Assembly: GCA_031835245.2 (NCBI GenBank)
Contig: JAVKOQ020000002.1
Coordinates: forward strand, 248,001-312,000
DNA: 64,000 nt
From: Balamuthia mandrillaris
Lineage: Eukaryota
Direction: 5' to 3'
Under the pieces are notes generated by a model that ran no database searches, had not been told where the DNA came from, and worked only from the letters and a program-made list of their open reading frames with translations. Positions 23,614 to 36,740 of the stretch are shown in pieces. Made by a program: the position numbers and the translations under genes. Numbering within the stretch: position 1 is the first letter of the stretch; every line of letters begins with the position of its first letter.

Positions 23614-24410
23614 TCAGCGGGAATGTTGGACGCTTTCGGTCCCATATCCCTTTCTCAAGGAGCAATTAGCAGCAACCTCTCCCCCCAGCAGTGTGCCCCC
23701 CACAAAATGGGTTCCATGATGAACCTTTTTCCTTTGCTCACCACCGCTTGCCCAACGCTGCAACACGTCCCAAGGGTCATTGTGCAGGCTGCCTGCACAA
23801 AGACTTGGAAGGACGCCCATTGGCAGCAGCACCATTGCACCACCTCCAAATGCCCTTTCCTTGTCGTTGGCCCCGCAACCACTGCAGCACCTCCAAATGG
23901 CCGTGCTTTGCTGGCGAACCGCTTTGCGGCCTGCCGGAGCCATGCTCTCCTCCGAGCAACAGGTCCAAGACTTCGTCTGGCAATAGGTCTTCCACCAAAC
24001 AACAAGCAGGTGGCGAAGTTGTGGAGGAAGACTTTGTTTTTTTCCGGTTCTTCTTCCTTCTCTGCTTTTATCTAGCTCTTCTTGTTGCTGGCAAACAGTT
24101 TGAGTTGCATCGGTCATACAAAGGTTTCACTTCTTTTTTTCTTGTTTAAAAAAACAACACAGACAAACGCAGTCTTTTGTGGTTCCTTGTTGGTACTTCC
24201 GCTACCATCCTTTCCTTCCTGTTGTCGTTTTAGCCTTTTCTTTCTTTTACTCTCTTTTCGATCTTTGACTGAAATGAAATGACAAGTGGAAAAAGGGCAG
24301 CAAAAATGTCCCTGCCCCTCCGTGCTACTTTCGGTGTGTACGCAATGGACCACCTCCAAACCAGACCGTTGCGCGGTGGTCAATAGTTGTGCCAAGTTGC
24401 CGATAATCAA
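23614..24410 (-). pseudogene. Decayed F-box/ankyrin-repeat gene
   Basis: Fragments in different frames: VEDLLPDEVLDLL (F-box-like), KHGHLEVLQWLRG, KGHLEVVQW, GLEVVH..CPF. No continuous ORF. Confidence 0.7.
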
Positions 24411-24767
24411 TTGCTTTTGTTGGATTATGATTTTCTATGAATATATTCAATAAAATCGATAATTCACAATTAATAATGTTGAGCATAGCACAGCCAACCG
24501 TGCCGTTAGGCGAAACAAGGTGATGAGAACGAACGAGGTTATTGCCACCACCAATCGTAACGCTGCTTTCATTCTTCTAAGCAATTCGAACGAGCGAGGC
24601 ATCTCATTCTTTCTCGGTTTGTTTTTTAAAGTGCATTCCTATCATGACGAATAGAGTCATTATAGGAACTCATTTTTATTCTGCTTCATTTCTTTCAAGT
24701 TTTCTTTCTTTTAAAAAACAAAACAACACAGACCAACACAACGGCCAAGAGATAAAAGTGAACAACA

Positions 24768-27125
24768 ATGGGTAACGCGGTTTCAACCTCCACTCCACCA
24801 CAACATAAAGACAAAGAGAAAGAGACCGATGCTGCCTCGTCGTCTTCTTCTTCAGGTCAATCATTGGACTGGGAGGGGCTGAGAGCAAGCTGCCCCGCCT
24901 CGCCCGCTCCTGCGGAAGTCCCGGAAGTGGTGGAAGGCCTTCGCGCCAACTTCGATACGGGGGCGACGAGGTCCTTGGAATGGAGGCTGAGGCAGTTGAA
25001 GGCGATCGAGCAGATGGTGCTGGACAACGAGAAGTGGATCGTGGACGCTGCTGCTGTTGACCTTCATCGTGCCCCAGTTGAAACGGTTTCTTTCTCTTCT
25101 TTCTTTCTGACTTCTTGTGTCTTCTGTCTTTGGTGGTTGACGTGTTTCAAATGATCTGTAGGTTGGCTTTGAGATGGCTTTTTGTTTGGACGAGGTGAGG
25201 AAAGCCCAAAAGGAACTCAAGTCATGGGTCAGCCCAAAGAAGCACTCGGTGCCCTTGTTGCTCAAGCTGGATGGCAGTTGCAACACTTATCCTGGTTCGC
25301 TCCTTCTGCTTTGGCGCTTCTTAGTTCATTACCTTACATACGCTTTCCGCAGAGCCAAAAGGAGTGGTTCTTATCATCGCTCCGTGGAACGGTCCTTGGG
25401 CGTTGGCTGTTATTCCGTTGGTGCGGTTCCATCCTTTAGTCGCTGCTGTGTTGCTGTGCTTCTTCGTTCTTCTTCTTCCTTCTCCTCTTCTTCTTCTCCT
25501 TTCTTCGGAAGATGACCACCGTTGTCTTCGTAGATTGGAGCAATAGCGGCAGGCAATTGTGCGGTATTGAAGCCTTCAGAGTTAGCTCCCCACGCTTCCC
25601 TTCTCTTGGCCTCTCAAGTACCAAAGTATCTCGACAATACTGCAGTCCGCGTCGTGGAAGGAGACGCCTCCATCGCAAAAGTCTTGTTGCAAGAGCAGTG
25701 GGACCACATTTGTACTCACCTCTTGACTCTCCTCTATCTGTCTGCCGTCTTTCGTTTGCCTATCTTTGTCCCTTTTCTCTTCTCTCTTCTCCTTTGCTTA
25801 CGGCTTTCTCTAGTCTATACAGGAGGAGGTCGCGTGGCCAAGTTCGTGGCCAAGGCAGCAGCAGAGTACCTCACCCCCTTAACCTTGGAGCTTGGAGGAA
25901 AGAACCCTTGCTTCATCGACCGTACGGCCAACATCCCTGTAGCCGCAAGGAGAATCGCCTGGGCCAAGTGCGTTAACGGAGGGCAGGTTTGCATGAGTCC
26001 TGACTATCTGTTGGTGGAGCCAAAAGTCATGGAGCCGCTGATGGAAGCTTTGAAAGCGAACATCAAAGAGTTTTATGGAAATAATCCGTTGAAGTCTCCT
26101 GACTTTAGCAAGTTTGTTGTTGCTTCACGTTTTCTTCGTCGCATATTTCTTTCTGAGGTTGTGAGCCTGACTTACTGTTATCCTCTTAAATGACCTAGAA
26201 TCATTTCAGAAGGCCATTTCAAGCGGGTGTTGGGATTGTTGCAAGAGGTTGAAGAGAACGTCCTATTCGGAGGAACTTACGATGAAGAAACTCTGACCAT
26301 TGCCCCGACCTTCATTCGAGAGCCTCCATTGGACTCTTCCATCATGGAGGAAGAAATATTTGCTCCGCTGTGTTCAGTTTTTCCGGTGACTAATCTTGAG
26401 GTTTGGGCCTTTCGTATTCTTGTTCTTGTTCTTCTTCATCATCTTCCTATTCTTCTTGTTGTTCTTGTTCTTCTTCTTCCTCCTCCTCCTCTTCCTCTTC
26501 CTCTTCTTCTTCCTCTTCTTCTTCTTCTTTTTCTTCTACTTCTTCTTCTACTTCTTCTTCTTCTTCTTCTTCTTTATGTTTCTTTTCCGTCTATCTTTCA
26601 CCTTGGTCTGCTTGTGTTCTCATCTTCTTCATTCAAAGGCTGCAATAAAGTTTATCAAGAGACAAGAAAAGAAAAACGGAAAGCCTCTCTTTGCATACAT
26701 GTTCTCTTCCAACTCGGCTGACATTGAAACCTTTGTGCAAGAGACAAGCTCAGGTCAGGTGGGCGTTAACGACTGCATGATGAACTACTCTGTCATTGAT
26801 GCTCCTTTCGGTGGAAATGGAGGTTAGTGTTAAGTCTTCTGTTTGTTTGCTTATAGCATTTGTCCATGTTCACCATTCTCTTTTCTTTTGTCTTCTGTTT
26901 GTCTTTCTATTTCTTGCATTCTTACTCTGCTTTGTTTTTGATACAAACAAAACAGCAAGTGGAATGGGCAGCTATCGTGGAAAACACAGTTTTGATACAT
27001 TCTCGAACTTCAAGTCGGTACTGAAGCGGGGCACCTGGTTGGATCCAGCTGTTCGCTATCCACCTTACGATGAATCCAAGCTCAAAGCCACGCACAAGCT
27101 CTTTGTCCAGGGTTCTCTCTTTTAG
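24768..27125 (+). CDS. Aldehyde dehydrogenase, class 3 (fatty aldehyde dehydrogenase-like; multi-exon)
   Basis: TRSLEWRLRQL, EPKGVVLIIAPWN, LKPSELAP, YTGGGRVA, PLTLELGGKNP, catalytic NGGQVCMSPDY, MEEEIFAP, PFGG.G.SGMGSYRGKHSFDTFS, RYPPY. Confidence 0.93.
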
Positions 27126-27601
27126 AAATCAGACTCTTCACAGCCATACAATACCAAAGAAATACTTGGTCACCTTCTCTCGCTTCATCCTTTGCTCTCG
27201 TTGTAAGTTTCGGTGTTCATAGTGGACCAAGACTATTTTCATGAGGACATGAAGGTATCCGATTGGTGCATTGGTGTGTGGTTCTTTTTCCATAGTCTCT
27301 CTTCCATTGTTGCGGAGGGAGAGAGGAGAAACGCTTGGGTGGCAGCAGAGACAACACGCAGAAATACTGGCAAGCGCCTTGAGAGGAGATAAGATAGTTG
27401 CAACTGAAACAGCGCTTGTTGAGCAATCAGTGCGAGCACAACGAGGAAGTGATGTGTGTGGTGGCAAAGATGCTTTCGGTTGTCTACAAGAAAGATATAT
27501 TTGATTTTTGGTTGGTGGTTTGAAAATTTTCATTCGAAGATCATATCTTTCGCAAAGCTTTTTTGTCGACGTGAAAAGGAACAAAAAGGAAAACAAAAAA
27601 A

Positions 27602-27816
27602 ATGCAATGCTCCACAGAAGACGCCACGAACAGGCTTGCTGCTGCTGCTACTCCTTCGGTAGCAGAGGAAGAGGCGGAGGAGGCAGAGAACAATGTTGAC
27701 GAGCAGGGGGAAGACACCGCCACGGCGGGGGTGCCTTTCTTACACTCTGGCCGAGACGTTGTCTATTGTCCGAGTACGTAGCAGGCATTTCAAATTTTTT
27801 CCCTCAGACAGAGATT

Positions 27817-27853
<37 letters not shown>

Positions 27854-29552
27854 CATCTACAGTTTTCTCTCGACAAAAACAAACAAAAAGTGTGTGGACT
27901 TCCTCCAGAGTATTGTGAATACAACACGAAGAGTGTGTTCAATCGGTGCAAACCATGGCTGCTTCGTAACTATCCTGACCTTTACCCTCAACTCAAAAGT
28001 ACGTTTTCTTCCCTCTCCTCTTTTCCTCATAATTTTTTCATGATTTGTTGGCCCATCTCTCTGCTCGTTTCTTATTCCTGCTCTCTCTCTCTCTCTCTTT
28101 TGGGTTTGTTGATAACAATGCATTTTGCTAAACAGAGGAAGCAGAGAAGAAGCGACGAAGGAGGCCAAAGGGCACATTCTATCGTTGGCCTGAGATTGGT
28201 CTCTTCTACAACGTTCGAGCTCGAATCACTGAACCCAACCAACCAGAACCACACGAAGAAAAAGCAAAAGAAGCGACTGGAGAAAAAGGAGAAGAAGACG
28301 CAAACAAGGACAAGCAAAAAGAGCCAAAGCTGCAGCTTCCTTCCTCCATCACTTATCGCGCCAAGATTAAGCTTCACGGCACCAACGGTGCCATCAGCAT
28401 TCAACACAACGGCAACGATATCTTTGTGCAGAGTCGTAACAAGTTCTTGACGAAAGAGAAGGACCACCATGGTTTTGCAGAGTGGGCGCTGCACAAGGAC
28501 CGCAAAGCATACTTCAAGTCACTCTACAAGCAGAATGCTGGATACAAATCTGTCACCGTCTTTGGAGAGTGGTGTGGCAAAGGTTTCTTTCTTTCTTCTT
28601 TTGCTTTCTTCTTGCATCATCATGATTTTAACTTTTTTTTCTTGCTTCCTTTTCTCTTGGAAACAAAATAAAAGGAATAATGAGAGGAGCAGCCATCTGC
28701 AACGTGGACCAGCGAATGTACGCTGTATTCGCGCTGCTCTTGGACAAGTCCAAGCTCATTGTCGCTCCTGACCAAATCCTCTCCTTCCTCCAACAAGAAG
28801 GCGCTCTGCCCATGCCTCAAGACCTCATTGTCCTACCGTGGTTTCCTTCATTGTCTCCTTCTTACGCTTCAAAAGAGGATGAAGAAGCGGAACTGATACA
28901 AGTACAAATGGACTTTGCTTCTTCGGAAGGACAGTTGATCAAAGAGGTGGATCGAATGAACGTTCTAGTGGAGAACGTGGACAAAGAGGATCCGTGGGTT
29001 AAGTCTCGGTTCGGCGTCAGCGGCAGCGGCGAAGGTCTCGTCTGGTATCCTGTTTCTTTCCCTTTGGCTTCTGAAGAAGTTAAAGAAGAAGCAGAACAGC
29101 GAGTTGAACTCTCTCCAGACCTCTTTCAAGCCTTGAGCTTCAAGACCAAAGGACCAACACACAGCGTCATCGCTGGCAAGAAGAGTGTGCAGCTCTCTCC
29201 CGAGCTGGTGGAGAGCGCAGAGCAGTTTTTAGACCTCTTCTTCACAGAAGCTCGTTTGCGTCAAGGCTGGGAGGAAGTCATCATTTCTTCTTCTCCTTCA
29301 CCTTCACTACAACAAGAAGTAAACAACAACACTGGAAGCAAGACGCATTTGATAGGAGAATTTGTGGAGTGGATTTGCAATGATGTGAGAAAGGAGAGCA
29401 AGCAAGAGTTGGAGCAGAACGGGTTGACTTGGGAGCAAGTCAGCGGTATGGCCAACATACGCGCTCGCAAGTGGTTCTTGGCCGAGATCAACAGGCACGG
29501 CGGCGTTGTTGTTCATCTTCCTTCTGCGTCCCCTTCTCCTTCTTCTACATAG
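27602..29552 (+). CDS. DENR N-terminal zinc-binding domain fused to an Rnl2-like ATP-dependent RNA ligase (4 exons: 27602-27773, 27891-27998, 28136-28582, 28675-29552; about 534 aa)
   Basis: Three phase-1 GT-AG introns give one open frame of 1605 nt. N-terminus VVYCPMCGLPPEYCEY..CKPWLLRNYPDLYP is the DENR/Tma22 Zn motif. It is followed by nucleotidyltransferase motifs I KLHGTN, Ia QSRN, III VFGEWCG, IIIa YAVFAL, IV GEGLVW and V FKTKG, plus a C-terminal domain (TEARLRQG..FVEWICNDVRKE). Confidence 0.85.
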
Positions 29553-29757
29553 TTGAATGTTTTGTTTTTCTTTCTATTTTTTTCTTTTTGTTTCAAGAAA
29601 AAAGATGCACTCTAATTTCTCTTCTTCTTGTTGTTGTTCTTCTTCTTGTTCTTCTTCTTCTTGTTGTTGTTGTTGTTCTTCTTCTTTCTCTTGTTCTTGT
29701 TCTTCTTCTTCTTCTTCTTCTTCCTCTTCCTCTTCCTCTCCTTCTTGTTCTGTCTTT

Positions 29758-30254
29758 TTATTCGGGATTGTTGTTGGGGAAGTCAGGGGACCGTATGTTT
29801 TCTGTGGGTGGGATGATGTCGAGGAGAAAGTCCAGCACGTCCACCTCTTCCACACATTTTGCTGTTGAGGTGCAATGCTGAGTTTTTGCGACAGTAGAGA
29901 GAGAAGAGAGTAGAGAGGTACCCAAGTCTCGGTACTGAAGTGTCTTTTTGCCTTCTTCTTGAGTGTAGGTGTAGGCTTGTTTGGTGAGATAGTCAAGAAA
30001 CAGCTCCTGCATCAACAAAGCGTGAGTATTCCACACAAAAAGAAGTGATCTCGATGAGGAGACAGTCGTACAGTCGATTTAGAAATCATGTGGACAGCGT
30101 CAGTGCTGATTAGCTTCACGTCCGGGTCGGACTTTACAATCTTTTTGATACGGGTGATGGGGAACACGGCCTGCATCCGCGTGGCTTGTTCTTTGCCCTC
30201 CTCGTGCTCCTCTTGATCCCCCTCTTCTCCTGTCCGTTCCTCTTTGGCGTCCAT
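29758..30254 (-). CDS. POLE4: Histone-fold protein, DNA polymerase epsilon subunit 4 / Dpb3-like (3 exons)
   Basis: FPITRIKKIVKSDPDVKLIS.DAV..ISKST|ELFLDYLTKQAY..KKTLQYRDL|AKCVEEVDVLDFLLDIIP. The related CHRAC1/NF-YC family is not fully excluded. Confidence 0.75.
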
Positions 30255-30320
30255 TCTAGGTCTTGTAACTTTTTTCTTTTGTTGGGTGGTGTGCAACTTC
30301 TTTTTGGTTTGGGTTTTTTT

Positions 30321-30331
30321 TTTGGCGGGAA
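30321..30331. promoter_or_regulatory. E2F-like site TTTGGCGGGAA about 67 bp upstream of POLE4
   Basis: Consensus match in the POLE4/RPT4 divergent promoter. E2F sites are typical of DNA replication genes. Confidence 0.4.
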
Positions 30332-30583
30332 TATTTTCGTCGACGTTTTTATTTTTGTGCCGACAGATGACATTTGCAGACATGGTGATGTCACGCAAGC
30401 CATAACTGTCGACTTCAGGTTTTTTTGCCGACCGGCATGTGTGAGGATAGGGATGCGGCAGTGCCAGCGAGGTTTCTCGTGGCGGAAAGAAAAACTTTAG
30501 AGGGACAAAAAAAAGTAGTGAAAAAGAGAGATTGGGTTGTTGCAAAAGGGGGTGAGAATCTAGCACAACACAAACATAACGCC

Positions 30584-32417
<1,834 letters not shown>

Positions 32418-33167
32418 TTGGTTTGTGCACAGAAGAACAAGAAGAAGCAACAGCGGAAAGAGGAAGAGGGAAGAGATGAACAGTAAAAAACTTTTCTTTC
32501 TTTTCTTTCTTTTTTTTTTGAAGGACACGTCACTCGCTTCATACAAAGGATAATAGTGACGTAACGAACCAGATCATAATCGATCAATGTGGGAATGGAA
32601 AGAATTCCAGGCATGCGGGTTATTTTACCACCTGATCGGAAAAAAAAGTTTTTCTGTTTGAAAGGAGAGAATGGAATACACGTCCAACTTTTCGCTTAAA
32701 GAAACACTGTTTGGCACCGTTTTTCTTGGACATTTGTGGCCTTTGTTTGTTTTACAGGTGCCAGGGAAAAAAGGTTTTTTGTCCCCTTTGCGCCCAGTTC
32801 ACGTAGAACAAAAAAGCAAGAAAAAGAGACAAAAGCAAGCCCCCCCAACAAAACGGAACGATCCCCTCAAACGACAATAGAGAGAGATTGTTCTTCTGGA
32901 CTCCCTTCATTCATTCTTTTCGCTAGCTACTATTTTTGTACGCACTCGTTTCTTTTTTTTAAAAAAAAAAAACACCTCCAAATCTTTTTGGTCTGACGAA
33001 ATCACACCACCACAAAAAAATAAAACAGAGACATCGACATCTTTGAAGTACGTCATTTTTTTGATTTTGTGCTCGTTTCTTCTTCTTCTTCTTCTTCTTC
33101 TTCTTCGTTTGTTCTTGTTTTTCTGCTTCTTCTTACCAACAAGAAAAAAAAAGTTGAATAGCAGAAG

Positions 33168-33374
33168 ATGGCAACCAAACCAGGCTTCAGTTTCAAGGGC
33201 TTGAAGGACACCGCCCTCCGGACCAGGCACAACGTGACCTCCAAGTTTGGCCGTGGGGACACCACCGTCGACGCCACCTTCAACCAGGAATGGGAGCGTT
33301 TCACCAAGAACAAGAAGAGGTACAGCAAGCTCAAGAAGGACGTGGAGCACTACTTTAAAACGCTGAAAGGTTAC

Positions 33375-33415
<41 letters not shown>

Positions 33416-33658
33416 TTCACTTCTTTCGATTTTTTTCTCACAAAAAATAAAAAAATAAATACAGAACTGGGTTCAGTTCATACTTCGTTGATGGAGAGTT
33501 GTCATGCCCTTTATGAGGGCACTGGCTCTTTGAGCGGCCCCATCACCGCCTGCACCAAGGCACAGCAGAACATTGAGGATAACCGTGGTGCTTTGGTTCG
33601 TTGCTATTCGTGTTTACGTTTGGTTGTGTAGTGCTCATGCCTGACACCGCTCCTTTAC

Positions 33659-33697
<39 letters not shown>

Positions 33698-34832
33698 TAC
33701 AGGAAAATCAACTCGCCGAAGACGTGTTCAAGCCTTTGGCTGAGTACGTGAAGCAGTTCAAGACTCTCAAGGCTCGAGCGGAGGAGAGAAACCGCAGGCT
33801 TACCGACATGGACCGGTAGATTTTAGACACCAAATTCCTTTCTTTATTATCCTTATGTTACTTACACAGCGTTATTCGTTTCTCTATTGTAGATACAAGC
33901 ATGAAGCCAAGCTACTGAACGAAAAGAATAAACAGGCGGAGGCCCATAACTTCCAGCACAAGTACCAGTGCGCCAAGCAAGGCTATGAGGACTTAAACAA
34001 GGAGTTGCTCTACGATATGGATCTCTTGTACAAGGACCGACAGGTCTTTTTCCAGTACATCTTTGCCTCCTTTATTCTGGCTCAGGCGAGTTACTTTGAG
34101 TGTGCTGCTCAGGAGTACGGCCAAATCCTTAACACCGTGTCGTACATCGACCGCTCTGCAATTCATCACCACCCCAAAGTCGTTCGCGAGGAGAGTGCTG
34201 CCAAAATGTACTTTTCGTGTCCTCTGCTCTCATTCTTGCTCTTCATTCCTGTTCTTATGCTTCTCGTTACATTTCAGAGCACTAACACTTTTTTGTCTTC
34301 CTTTTTTTTTCGCTACGTCCTATTCTTCAACCTTTGAAGCAATCCATACACGCAACCACCTCCATTCCAAGGTGCTCCTCAACAGAGCTACCAAGCTCCG
34401 CCGCAAGCCTACCAACCAGCCTACCAACCCGCACAACCCTATCAACCCCGCGGGGCCGCAGGAGGAGGAGGAGGAGCACCTGCACCTTACCAACCTCAAC
34501 AACAGCCGTCTTACCCTCCTCCGCAACAATCCTCACCTCCTGGAAGCAGAGGCCTCCCTCCTCCACCTGTTGCACGTGGTGGACCCTCTGGCGAGGTTGC
34601 AGAGGCTATGTACCCTTTTGCTGCCCAGAGCCCTGCTGAGCTGTCCTTCCAGTATGGAGATAGAATCAACATCCTGAGGTTCTTACTTTGCTCTCTCTCT
34701 CTCTCTTCTACTTTTGAGCTGACTCTTCCTTTTCATTGTTAAAAAAACAAAAGCAAAAATGGAGATTGGTGGGAAGGGGAGCTCAACGGCAAGCGTGGCT
34801 TGGTACCCAGCAACTATGTCCGCTTGGTCTAA
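33168..34832 (+). CDS. BAR + proline-rich + SH3 protein (amphiphysin/Rvs167-like)
   Basis: BAR-like helices (TTVDATFNQEWERF; ERNRRLTDMDRY; YEDLNKELL.D...L..DR..FF), a proline-rich linker and an SH3 domain (AEAMYPFAAQSPAELSFQYGDRINIL..DWWEGELNGKRGLVPSNYV). Confidence 0.85.
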
Positions 34833-34966
34833 AATGTCCCATTGCCCCAAACTTATTGCATAGTTAGCGATGACTTTTAGACTCTTTTTCTCTTTTTGTT
34901 TGTAACCTTTTCTTATTTTCACGACAACAAAAGAATGGTTTTTTGTTTGTTTCTGAGATTTTTTTT

Positions 34967-35673
34967 TTATGTTTGGTGATGCGGTTTGGCCATCAAGAAT
35001 GTGTACAGCAGAGCAAACATCAGGTTGCAGCCAAGCCCTGCCACCACGCCCACTCTCATCCGCAACGACAGCGATGACTTTTCCCATACCACGAACAAGA
35101 GGGCGGTAAGACTGAAGACAAAGCCAAGGAGGATGCCGTAGAAGAGATCGTTGTTGGACCAGAGTATGGCGTCTGGTTCTTGAATGGCCTCTGCCTCCTC
35201 CTCTTCCGTTTGGTCTGTATGTTTTGTTTAAAAAAATATGAAATAAGAAAGAAGAATAAGAGAAAGGAAGAGAGAGAGAGACAAAGACCTTCTTCGATCG
35301 TTATCGCTAGGTTTTCTGTTGAAGGAGCGTTGCCGCCACCATTTCTGTTTGCAGCACCTCCTCTTCTTCCTCTGCCCCTTTCTGCACCGGCGGTTCGATT
35401 GCGCCGACTGTTGTTGCTGATGCCACTATTGATGTTGGTATAAACAGGAATAGACACGTGCGGAACTTCTGGTGAGTTCTCTATGTCGATCTGTCGTGTT
35501 GCAAAAGAATAGGAACATGAGATGAAAGAAAGAAGTAGAAGGAAAGAGAAAGAGAAAGAGAAAGAGAAAGAGAAAGAGAAAGAGAAAGAGAAAGAGAAAG
35601 AGAAAGAGAAAGAGAAAGAGAAAGAGAAAGAGAAAGAAAAGAAAGAGAAAGAGAAAGAGAAAGAGAAAGAGAA

Positions 35674-35726
<53 letters not shown>

Positions 35727-36468
35727 GAAAGAGAAAGAGAAAGAGAAAGAGAAATGACGAAAGAGAAATGACGAAAGAGAAATGACGAAAGAGAAATGAC
35801 GAAAGAGAAATGACGAAAGAGAAAGAGAAAGAGAAATGAGAAATGAGAAATGAAATTGAGGAAGAGAAGAAGCAGCAACAGAAGAGCAAGAAGAATACCT
35901 CGACGTCGCTAAAATCACCATCCCCGATCTCCTGTAAACTATTGGAAGGAGAAGACGGCAAGGACGAAGACGAAGAAGAAGGAGAAGAGAAAGAACCAAA
36001 GGGAGAGGAAAAAGAAGATGACATCGAGGCAGAAGAAGAAGAAGAAGAAGGAGGAGACAGACTGGAACTCCCAGCAGTGGCCTCCGAGACAGCAAGGTGC
36101 AAGAACACTCCATCACGAAGGCCACAATGCTCCAAGCGTGCATAGTTGTTGAGCAGAGGTTTGCCTCCATGTATCAACCGTAGAAGTTTATTGTGTAAAT
36201 TGTACTTTCTGGCAATCTGTTGTGCGTGTGGGTGTCAATCGAATGGGAGTCAATCGAATGGTTGAAAGATGAGGAAAAAAACCTTTTTCTTGAGTTGAGC
36301 AACGGTGCTGGTTTTGTTAACGGCGAGACGAAGGCGAGGAAAGTTCAGAGAGGTGATGTACACATGTATGAGGTCGTTTGTGGCGGATGTGCCGCCTTGC
36401 TCTTCCCCTTCCTTGGCTTTCTCTTTGCCTCCTCCTCCTCCTTTCCTCCTCTCTGCCACGCCTTCCAT
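34967..36468 (-). CDS. Ubiquitin-like domain membrane protein, Dsc3-like
   Basis: N-terminal UBL (STVAQLKKKIA..LRLIHGGKPL..LEHCGLRDGVFLHL) and a C-terminal two-TM segment (NNDLFYGILLGFVFSLTALLFVVW..SLRMRVGVVAGLGCN) resembling the Dsc3 C-terminal domain. Confidence 0.7.
35540..35850. repeat. Intronic (GAGAAA)n microsatellite plus 14-bp GAGAAATGACGAAA repeats in the Dsc3-like gene
   Basis: Directly visible. Confidence 0.92.
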
Positions 36469-36626
36469 TTCTCTCTTTTCCTTTTTATTTTTTTTTGATC
36501 TTTCTTGTAGACAAGGGGTGACATCATCAATAAGTTTTTGTAGACAATTGATGACGTGGTTTTTTGCAGACTGATGGTTTGAAGGCAATAATCGAACAAA
36601 AGTATTTGATTATCGACAAACCAGCT

Positions 36627-36740
36627 GCGCAATGGTTTGGTTTAGGAGTGGTCCTTGTCGACACAAAATTTCCCCGCTGAGAGGAGCAGGGAAGCGCAGA
36701 GACTTTTTTGCTGCCCTTTTATCCCTTGCCATTTCTTTTC
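36627..36740. repeat. Direct repeat copy 1 (114 bp)
   Basis: GCGCAATGGTTTGGTTTAGGAGTG...CCCTTGCCATTTCTTTTC aligns to 37494-37608 with about 9 substitutions and 1 indel (manual count). Confidence 0.95.

Noticed and set aside
27130..27600. Short ORFs upstream of the DENR-ligase gene as possible partner genes
   Set aside because: No recognisable motifs such as MCTS1/PUA or PNK. This is most likely ALDH 3' UTR plus promoter.
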